The translations under genes were made by a program, and so were the position numbers. DNA of 64,000 nucleotides from Tenericutes bacterium ADurb.Bin087 (GTDB lineage: Bacteria; Bacillota_I; Bacilli_A; RFN20; CAG-826), in assembly GCA_002070905.1 (NCBI GenBank), contig MWEF01000004.1, positions 8,190 to 72,189 of the forward strand, in the 5' to 3' direction. The notes beneath the pieces are model-generated. The model did no database searches. It saw only the letters and a list, made by a program, of their open reading frames with translations, and was not told where the DNA came from. Positions 18,138 through 25,201 of this stretch are shown one piece after another; the stretch's first letter is position 1; the number at the start of each line of letters is the position of its first letter.

Positions 18138-20123
18138 ATGAAACAGAGAAAAAGATTTTTTAAGTTGTTATCATTTTTAAGTCTGTCACTACTAGCGCTG
18201 GGGGTTGGAACCACAGCTATTAAGCAGCATAAAACAATAACTCCTGTGCATGCGGAAAAAGTAGCACTTACAGACTATTCAAGATTTATCATCAGATATG
18301 CTCAAGGTGGAAGTAGTTTAACAAAAAGCGTTAATGCACTTGAGTATAAAGGTGTATGGGACAGTAGTTTTGCAGTTACTGATCAGTTTAATTCAACTTC
18401 TACTTCCTATTCATTAAAAGCTAGCTTTAAAAACACTACATGGACAAATGGTGGTGATGACTGGGCGGGCTTTAATATTTATTATGATAATACAACATAC
18501 ATCGGGTTCTATCTTAAATGGAACAACGATTGCGCCACTTCAATTGCGGAAGGGGTGATGCTAAACCATGTGAATGGGGCTTGGGACAACGTTTATGCTT
18601 CTGCTATTGGGAATGGGGCATGGACAAACAGAGGAACTTTCACTGATTTATGGAGTGATGGTGGTGGATGGTCACGAACTCTAAATGGGGCAAATGTCAA
18701 TTTGCGAACTGATTCAAAAATCTTACTGACACTAGGTTTCGATGTGACACTGCACGTTGAAAGAAAAGTTCATTTAGGACGCCTAGCGGACTATATGTAC
18801 ATTCAAATTGATGCCTTTGAAAGTAATGGCACTACTCCTGCTACTTTCTATTCACCGTCAGTGGCAGTTGATGCTGTTACTAATCCGAAAGGGGCCGGTG
18901 AATCACAATGGACAGCAATTAAACCACAAATTGGATTTTTTAATAACAATGTTGGTATAGTCACAATTGATGAGATCGTTTTCACTGATAAGGTCGCAAC
19001 AACGAAGGCTGTTACGGTTGAAAGGGCTCATCTAAAACCACAAACATTTACAGTTGATAATGTAAATAATGAGGTTGTTTTAAAGGGAGCAAGCCAATTT
19101 AATGAAGCCATCTTTTTCAACGGATTACCAACGACTGATAAAAACCTTGAGTTTTTTGCCCGGTTAGCTGGCACTGAAGGGAATACTGATGGTCTAGAAG
19201 TAGGTTTCATCTACTATCTAAATAACTCTAATTATCTCTTTTTCTACTTCTCGTGGGATGGTACATTAAAAGTGCCAGCAGATATGAAAATTGTTGCGGT
19301 TGTTGATGGTGCAAATAATGGCACCGCTCAGTTTGCTAGAAACCCATGGGATGATTTTGCAAACCACACCTTCCCAATTCAATATTGGAGTGATCATGGT
19401 GGCTTTGTTAGTGATGCAAGTTATCCTTGTGGGGGCGATAGTAACTTCAATAATATCCGCACTAATGGGAAAGACTTAGTAGTTAGTTCTTCAATTGGTG
19501 TAAGCTTTACTCGTGCAAGATCAGTTTATAAGGGTCGAGTTATTGACGCATTTAGGCTAAGTATTTTAGGCCATGGCACCGATAATTTTGTTCATTCTTG
19601 GCACACACCAACAATTGCGTTTGATGGATTTACATATCCAATGGGTGGGACTGCATCTCCAGTATTAGACACCGCACCAAGAATTGGTTTATATAACTAT
19701 AACTCCACTACTGATATTAAGTATGGGACTCTAGCATATAATGGTAGTCCGCTAACATTAAATTACTCAACACGTGAACTTACACGTCACTTTGATGATG
19801 AATATATGCATCTTGATAAAAATGTCGATGGACAATGTGACACATATTATCCATTAGCCAAAGCGGAGTGGAATAGTCTATCGAATGAAATTCGTGCATT
19901 ATACGTAAGTGATAGTGAATTTGCTGATGGTTATGCTCGTCTTGTTGCATGGGCAACTGCCAAAGGTGATAAGCTTGACAGTAATAATTTATTAGTATCC
20001 GCATCAAGTCCAGGTGGTCTAAATTATAGACCTAATAGCAGTGTTGGACAGTGGGTAATACTAGCAGGCTTAGGGTTAATTTCTTGCTTATTCTTATTGA
20101 TTAGGAAGAAAAAGACTAATTAA
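18138..20123 (+). CDS. 661-aa secreted, TM-anchored protein: two jelly-roll-like modules (third paralog of the family)
   Basis: Blocks match the 916-aa protein: AGFNIYYDNTTYIGFYLKWN, TFTDLWSDGGGWS, QIDAFESNGTTPATFYSPSVAVDAVTNPKGAGE, KPQIGFFNNNVGIVTIDEIVF. A second module carries IQYWSDHGGFVSDASYPCGGDSNFNNIR. C-terminal TM WVILAGLGLISCLFLLI plus RKKKTN. Confidence 0.8.
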   Translation: MKQRKRFFKLLSFLSLSLLALGVGTTAIKQHKTITPVHAEKVALTDYSRFIIRYAQGGSSLTKSVNALEYKGVWDSSFAVTDQFNSTSTSYSLKASFKNTTWTNGGDDWAGFNIYYDNTTYIGFYLKWNNDCATSIAEGVMLNHVNGAWDNVYASAIGNGAWTNRGTFTDLWSDGGGWSRTLNGANVNLRTDSKILLTLGFDVTLHVERKVHLGRLADYMYIQIDAFESNGTTPATFYSPSVAVDAVTNPKGAGESQWTAIKPQIGFFNNNVGIVTIDEIVFTDKVATTKAVTVERAHLKPQTFTVDNVNNEVVLKGASQFNEAIFFNGLPTTDKNLEFFARLAGTEGNTDGLEVGFIYYLNNSNYLFFYFSWDGTLKVPADMKIVAVVDGANNGTAQFARNPWDDFANHTFPIQYWSDHGGFVSDASYPCGGDSNFNNIRTNGKDLVVSSSIGVSFTRARSVYKGRVIDAFRLSILGHGTDNFVHSWHTPTIAFDGFTYPMGGTASPVLDTAPRIGLYNYNSTTDIKYGTLAYNGSPLTLNYSTRELTRHFDDEYMHLDKNVDGQCDTYYPLAKAEWNSLSNEIRALYVSDSEFADGYARLVAWATAKGDKLDSNNLLVSASSPGGLNYRPNSSVGQWVILAGLGLISCLFLLIRKKKTN

Positions 20124-20145
20124 CATTTAACATAACCTAAAGTAA

Positions 20146-20184
20146 AAACAAGCCAGGGATTTTCACGATTCCTGGCTTTTTTTC
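20146..20184. terminator. Bidirectional intrinsic terminator
   Basis: AGCCAGG-13 nt loop-CCTGGCT followed by a T7 run, with an A-rich left flank. Lies between convergent genes. Confidence 0.75.
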
Positions 20185-20214
20185 TATGAATTTTACCAAG
20201 TAAGATCGGCTCTA

Positions 20215-22035
20215 TTAAATATAGGGCGCTGCCGTCGCTTTAATTGTATTGATAAATGAAGTCATTACATCAGTGCCAATAAAGGGCGATACTTTATAAT
20301 CTTGAGTGTCAAAGTCACTAATTGTTTTAGCGCCATAAGTTCTTACATACGTATTATAAATTACGTTGTAATACGTATCACTATACTGTTCATCGGCGAT
20401 AAATGTCCGTACGAAATCAACATACACACTACGATATTCATTATTCATCTTAATATCATAACCATGATAATCACTATAGTCATCTTTATTTATAATTGTG
20501 GCCCAGAATAACCGATTTTCTTGCCACGCCCGATTATGTCCTTCGTGTTTACTATGGAATGGATAGACCTTTGACATATCACCAACTCCGTCCCACTTAA
20601 TATTTAGTGACCAGTCATAATCATATGGAATAAAGTAAGCTTTATTACCTTCATTTGGATTAAAAAATACGTAATAATTATTGCCGTTATTGCGCATATC
20701 ATCAGGATTACCTGTTAAATAACATAAAGCAGCATAACGTAAGAAACTATTCATATCAATCTTTGCTTCGAGCATAAGTTTAGCTTCCGCGACACTTTTA
20801 CCTTCAATGTCTTGAAGCATCTTCATTAAATCAATCATCTTTGCAAAAGGATTTTCGCTTGTTGCGTCATACTCTTTAGCATCATACCCTGGTTCATAAT
20901 AATTATATTTATCTTCTTCACCAAGAATCGCGTGATGGATTAATTTACCATCATCACCAAAAAGTAAATCTTCATAGCGTAAACTACCTTTGACCCAATA
21001 CCCATGATTATTCGGATCAGGTTTACCCCACCCCACCTTATATAATTGACCAGCGGCACCATTTTTATCAAAATAGCGGCGGAGTAGATGTTTATCAATT
21101 GGTTCGTTAACCGTGACTATGCCAAAGCGTGTATCATTCATCTTTAACGTCGTTAGTGTTGAATTTTGACTAATAAGTCCGTTACGCCTAAATAAACTAA
21201 ACACAAATGGTTGCATGACAAGCGAAGGATCGGGTGATTTATTCCATTTAAGGTCAACCTTTTTCATCCCAAATTTTCCATCTGTGTCCCCCATAAAGGT
21301 GCGGTCGTCGCGCACTTTCCATTCAGGATTAAGGGCTTTTGTCCATTCTTTACGTAAATTAAAATTATCATAAATTGCTTCGTCCCATAATTCATTAAAG
21401 GAGAGCTTGAAGCTTATTGATTTAATAAATTCTTTCGTCGTTGGATCTAAAAATTCGGTGCGTGATGTATTACCTTTCATCCGCATCCCGACTTCGTAAT
21501 ACACAAAACGTTTGCCATTCATTTTTATCTCAAGCGTAACTGGGAAATAACAATCAGCGAAACGTGGATTATGATAACCATTTTGTTCAATTAAATTAAA
21601 GACTTCTTTTGTAGCGATGATGCGCATATTAAGTTCGGTTTCAGGATGCCAAAATTCTAAATAGGCATTGGTTGGTTTAACTCTAGCGTCTGCTGGATAA
21701 GTAAAACCATTCGGAAAGGGGCGCACAATATAATCGTCATCAGTGTAAGTAATAAGCGGGTCACTTGGATAAGTTGTCTTAAAATTTGTAAGGTCTGCTG
21801 GTGTAAGATCGTCAGGTAAATCTTCACTGCTTGTATCACTAAGCGAAGATAAAACTTCACTACTTAATTCTTCTGCACTTGACGGAATTTCTTCACTTGT
21901 AGCGACTTCTTCACTACTTTGTGAACTAGGAAAACTACTAGGATGTGAAGACGAATCAATAATTTCACTTAGCGTTGTGCAACTACTTAAAAGCATCGCT
22001 ACAAGCGGGAGCAAAAGCATATTCTTTTTAGCCAT
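20215..22035 (-). CDS. CotH kinase-family lipoprotein
   Basis: Start at 22035 (GAGGGG RBS; MAKKNMLLLPLVAMLLSSCTT lipobox). S/E-rich linker. CotH-like blocks VGMRMKGNTSRTEF, ISFKLSFNELW, NNYYVFFNPNEGNKAYFIPYDYDWSL. Confidence 0.7.
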   Translation of the reverse strand: MAKKNMLLLPLVAMLLSSCTTLSEIIDSSSHPSSFPSSQSSEEVATSEEIPSSAEELSSEVLSSLSDTSSEDLPDDLTPADLTNFKTTYPSDPLITYTDDDYIVRPFPNGFTYPADARVKPTNAYLEFWHPETELNMRIIATKEVFNLIEQNGYHNPRFADCYFPVTLEIKMNGKRFVYYEVGMRMKGNTSRTEFLDPTTKEFIKSISFKLSFNELWDEAIYDNFNLRKEWTKALNPEWKVRDDRTFMGDTDGKFGMKKVDLKWNKSPDPSLVMQPFVFSLFRRNGLISQNSTLTTLKMNDTRFGIVTVNEPIDKHLLRRYFDKNGAAGQLYKVGWGKPDPNNHGYWVKGSLRYEDLLFGDDGKLIHHAILGEEDKYNYYEPGYDAKEYDATSENPFAKMIDLMKMLQDIEGKSVAEAKLMLEAKIDMNSFLRYAALCYLTGNPDDMRNNGNNYYVFFNPNEGNKAYFIPYDYDWSLNIKWDGVGDMSKVYPFHSKHEGHNRAWQENRLFWATIINKDDYSDYHGYDIKMNNEYRSVYVDFVRTFIADEQYSDTYYNVIYNTYVRTYGAKTISDFDTQDYKVSPFIGTDVMTSFINTIKATAAPYI

Positions 22036-22103
22036 AATTGTTAACCCCTCTATTAAAATCACTTTTATTATATAGCAAATATATACGTCTTGCACATTTA
22101 TTT

Positions 22104-22131
22104 TAAAAAAGGAGCGGTTTTTGCCGCTCCT
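22104..22131 (-). terminator. Intrinsic terminator of the 412-aa gene
   Basis: Minus strand reads GGAGCGG-CAAAAA-CCGCTCC followed by TTTTTT. Confidence 0.75.
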
Positions 22132-22153
22132 TAAATGCAAATTTAAAAATTAA

Positions 22154-23377
22154 TTATGCATGCTTTACTTTGCGTTTAAAGAATGTATAACCAATAAAAG
22201 CAATCATAATTAAAGCACTTAAAACGACTACATATGTAGCGCTATTTGCTTTATCTAATTCACGATGTTGCGAACCGTAATAATAAGCAATATATAAGGC
22301 ACGCATTCTTTGTAGTTTACTTTCTGCATTAGTCGATGTTTCGCTTTCCCTAATCCCTGTTCCATAATCATCAGTACTAAGGAAATCTTTAAGCGTACAA
22401 TCACTGAGGCTTCCTTCCATATCATGTTCATTTGCTGGTGTGTAAGCCATTAAGTTATTGTAAAACGCCCCAAAAGCAACATAACCATTATCTCCACTAT
22501 TTGAGCACGTAAGATAACCTTCTAACACTTTAGCGAAGAATGTATTAAAAATTCGACTTTGGACTTTACTTTTAGTAAACACAAGTGGGTTAGTAGAAAT
22601 GCCGTCTTGGTTATCAATTCGCCATAATTTACTATTATCACCAGTTGCATATACTGTACCCGTAAATGATTCTTGAATCACCGCACCATCATTAACTATA
22701 ACAACGTCGATTGTTCCTGCCGTAGATGCCATTAATTCACTAAGGGATAAGTCGTAATAAGGGAAATAGCGACCATCAGCGCCCATCACTAACGCTTTTT
22801 CATAAGCTGTTGGTTGATAATATTTAATTCCAACTTTCAGTAAATATTTGTAACCATATTCATAATGACCAGCGCGGTCAACCCAAATCCGTACTTTTCC
22901 GCTGTTAATGCCTGGTGTTGTATCCGAAATCACCACCATTGACTCGTTATATTCAACCCAAGAATATGTTGAAAGCTTATACATATTGTACTTCCCGCCA
23001 GTCCACACTAAATTTGGCGATTCTGTATATTTTTCACCATTTGTATCAAAACTTGCAAAATATAGCATTGTCCAATCAGCAGGGGAAGCGCCACTTTGAA
23101 GAGGGGCAACAACTTTATAAATATTAATTTGGATTTCAGTCATTTCAACATAACCGCTGTTTCCGCCATCATTCCAAAAATAGGCGCTTACATGGTCAAA
23201 ATCAGAACTATAAAAATATGGTTCAGCTTGAAAATATAATACCGTTGCGGGTGGTATCGTTGCCGCTTCGGTCTTTAGCGGTGTTTTTTCACGTAAAGAT
23301 GATAGTCCGCCGCTAAAAGTAGCAGCAACCATTGCTAAAAGCGTTAAATATCGTCTAAGTTTCATTACCTTTTTCAT
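22154..23377 (-). CDS. TM-anchored surface protein with a CBM25/26-like starch-binding-type module (paralog A)
   Basis: Start at 23377 (AAAGGA RBS; MKKVMKLRRYLTLLAMVAATF). The module reads VLYFQAEP...VSAYFWNDGGNSGYVEM...IYKVVAP...TMLYFASF. Blocks shared with the neighbour: KVRIWVDRAGHY, NSKLWRI, FAKVLEGYLTCSNSGDNGY. C-terminal TM plus KRKVKHA. Confidence 0.6.
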   Translation of the reverse strand: MKKVMKLRRYLTLLAMVAATFSGGLSSLREKTPLKTEAATIPPATVLYFQAEPYFYSSDFDHVSAYFWNDGGNSGYVEMTEIQINIYKVVAPLQSGASPADWTMLYFASFDTNGEKYTESPNLVWTGGKYNMYKLSTYSWVEYNESMVVISDTTPGINSGKVRIWVDRAGHYEYGYKYLLKVGIKYYQPTAYEKALVMGADGRYFPYYDLSLSELMASTAGTIDVVIVNDGAVIQESFTGTVYATGDNSKLWRIDNQDGISTNPLVFTKSKVQSRIFNTFFAKVLEGYLTCSNSGDNGYVAFGAFYNNLMAYTPANEHDMEGSLSDCTLKDFLSTDDYGTGIRESETSTNAESKLQRMRALYIAYYYGSQHRELDKANSATYVVVLSALIMIAFIGYTFFKRKVKHA

Positions 23378-23415
23378 AAATTTTCCTTTCAAATCTAGTA
23401 AGTACTATATTTCTT

Positions 23416-23443
23416 ATTTTAATTCATTTTACAATTCTGTCAA
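23416..23443 (-). promoter_or_regulatory. Candidate promoter of the 412-aa gene
   Basis: Minus strand reads TTGACA-16 nt-TAAAAT. Confidence 0.45.
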
Positions 23444-23464
23444 TAAGCTTGTTACAGACGAAAA

Positions 23465-23498
23465 TATATATTAAAAGGAGCGATTTTCATCGCTCCCT
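23465..23498 (-). terminator. Intrinsic terminator of the 514-aa gene
   Basis: Minus strand reads GGAGCGAT-GAAA-ATCGCTCC followed by TTTTAATATATATTTT. Confidence 0.7.
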
Positions 23499-23522
23499 AA
23501 GTGTTAAGTTAAATTCGTTTAA

Positions 23523-25067
23523 TTATGCAAGATTTGCTTTTTTACGAAAACGAACAAAACCTAATGCTGCAATTGTAAATAACATGCCAATCGCTAATAA
23601 ATTAATAATATTAACGTTTGCAAATTCATTAGTGCGGTTTTGTCCTGATGGAATTCCACCACCAAGCGCTTCTAATGCTAGATATTTTGCCCAAGCATCA
23701 ACTGTGGCAGTCCGATTCGCAATATCACCATAACCAGCAGTGCCTTCACCAGTGTAGTCAGTAATATTAACATCACTAAGTTGACCTTCAACATTCATTT
23801 CGGTTTCAGTAACCCATGGAATGAGATTTGCTTTCATGGTTGGGAATGCACCGTGGCCATTATCATTACTAGTGCTGCAAGTTAAGTAGCCTTCGAGTAC
23901 CTTACCAACAAAAGTGTTGTATACACGTCCACTAACAGCGCCTTTAGCAACGGCAAAAGTGCCACCTGATTCAGTAACCGTCCATAATTTACTATTATCT
24001 TTTGCCGCATAAACACCACCTGCGACTGCTACTTGGAAATATAGGCCCGTATCAACAATGACAAGATCAACGTTTTTACCATTAACTGCTGATAGCGGTA
24101 CATCAAAGTACACAAAATGAACATCACCAGTAAATAATGCTTTTTCGTATCCTGTAGCGGTATAGTGCACATCTCCTGCTTTAAGTAAATATTGATAGTC
24201 AGTTGTCGCATAATGACCGTCTCTATTAACCCAAATCCGAACTTTGTCATTATTAATTCCAGCGGTTGTTGGGGTTTGTGAGATGAGTGATCCTAATGTT
24301 TTCCAAGCACTTAAATTAGTGTCATACATATCATTAGTGCCATCAAAGACTAAATCAGCGGTTTGCTTAAGAACATTACTTACTCCACTCACTTCCCAAG
24401 CGTTTGCAGCGGATTTAAGACTAACAAAAATGACCTTTTCCCATCCATATGGAGCAGCTGGTGTTGGTGCGGTAACTTTATAAACACCATCTTTATGTTC
24501 AACAAGGTTGACGAATTGATTTTCATCGCCAACAAAGAAATACGCTGCTAAGTGATCATAACCCTCGGCAAAATATGATGCATCAGGGCGTAAATATAAC
24601 ACTGTCTCACCCCAAATTGCTGGATTAATGTGTTCAGATGGATCAAAAGCTTCTGGTTCTCCAGCGTTCCAACCAGTCACCCGCACCAGTTCTTTTGTTG
24701 CATCATATACTAAGTCCCCGCTTTGATTCCACACTGAAGTCCATTCATGCTCAGGTTTAGCTGGATTCATCCGCACCATAATGAACTTTTGGTGACCACC
24801 TGCTGGCTTAATGACTTCATAGAGATTATCAGCATATAGTGTCCGTTCCATACTAACAAATAAGTCAGGGGCTGAGCCTTCAAAAAACCAAGTCTCGAAA
24901 CGAGCACCATCGGATTTCCATTCATCACTGACTTTTAAGTAAAGTTTAACAGCGGCGGCGGCGGCCTTTACAGGCGCTTTTACATTTAATGATACACCGA
25001 TGCCAACTGCCATCGCCAGTGTTGCAAAAAATGTCAAAAAGCGATTTTTAAAATTATTTTTTTGCAT
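23523..25067 (-). CDS. TM-anchored surface protein with two CBM25/26-like modules (paralog B)
   Basis: Signal peptide. Two modules: KLYLKVSDEW...FETWFFEG...LYEVIKP...KFIMVRM and VLYLRPDAS...LAAYFFVGDENQFVNLVEHKDGVYKVTAP...KVIFVSL. Shared blocks KVRIWVNRDGHY, NSKLWTV, VGKVLEGYLTCSTSNDNGH. TM plus RFRKKANLA. Confidence 0.6.
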   Translation of the reverse strand: MQKNNFKNRFLTFFATLAMAVGIGVSLNVKAPVKAAAAAVKLYLKVSDEWKSDGARFETWFFEGSAPDLFVSMERTLYADNLYEVIKPAGGHQKFIMVRMNPAKPEHEWTSVWNQSGDLVYDATKELVRVTGWNAGEPEAFDPSEHINPAIWGETVLYLRPDASYFAEGYDHLAAYFFVGDENQFVNLVEHKDGVYKVTAPTPAAPYGWEKVIFVSLKSAANAWEVSGVSNVLKQTADLVFDGTNDMYDTNLSAWKTLGSLISQTPTTAGINNDKVRIWVNRDGHYATTDYQYLLKAGDVHYTATGYEKALFTGDVHFVYFDVPLSAVNGKNVDLVIVDTGLYFQVAVAGGVYAAKDNSKLWTVTESGGTFAVAKGAVSGRVYNTFVGKVLEGYLTCSTSNDNGHGAFPTMKANLIPWVTETEMNVEGQLSDVNITDYTGEGTAGYGDIANRTATVDAWAKYLALEALGGGIPSGQNRTNEFANVNIINLLAIGMLFTIAALGFVRFRKKANLA

Positions 25068-25104
25068 AAGTTCTCCTCCAACTTATATTTTTTAATATAC
25101 ACAC

Positions 25105-25133
25105 ATTTTAACTTTAATATAAAGTTATGTCAA
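25105..25133 (-). promoter_or_regulatory. Candidate promoter of the 514-aa gene
   Basis: Minus strand reads TTGACA-17 nt-TAAAAT, with a GGAGGAG RBS before the ATG. Confidence 0.6.
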
Positions 25134-25149
25134 ATTGTCGTTAAAAACT

Positions 25150-25179
25150 TAAAAAAGCCAAGAACGTTGTCCTTGGCTA
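25150..25179 (-). terminator. Intrinsic terminator of the amylase gene
   Basis: Minus strand reads AGCCAAGGAC-AACG-TTCTTGGCT followed by TTTTTT. Confidence 0.75.
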
Positions 25180-25201
25180 GTTTAGTAATTATGTGTTTTT
25201 T

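Noticed and set aside
22036-22140. An N-terminal extension of the CotH-like ORF (MHLRSGKNRSFF...), and the analogous extensions of rpsB (42088-42228), pyrH (40039-40059), rbgA (53822-53842), abfA (17896-17910), msmK (13178-13192) and the 412-aa gene (23378-23392).
   Set aside because: The downstream start codons are preceded by good Shine-Dalgarno sequences and give canonical N-termini or signal peptides. The extensions cover terminators, promoters or leaders.
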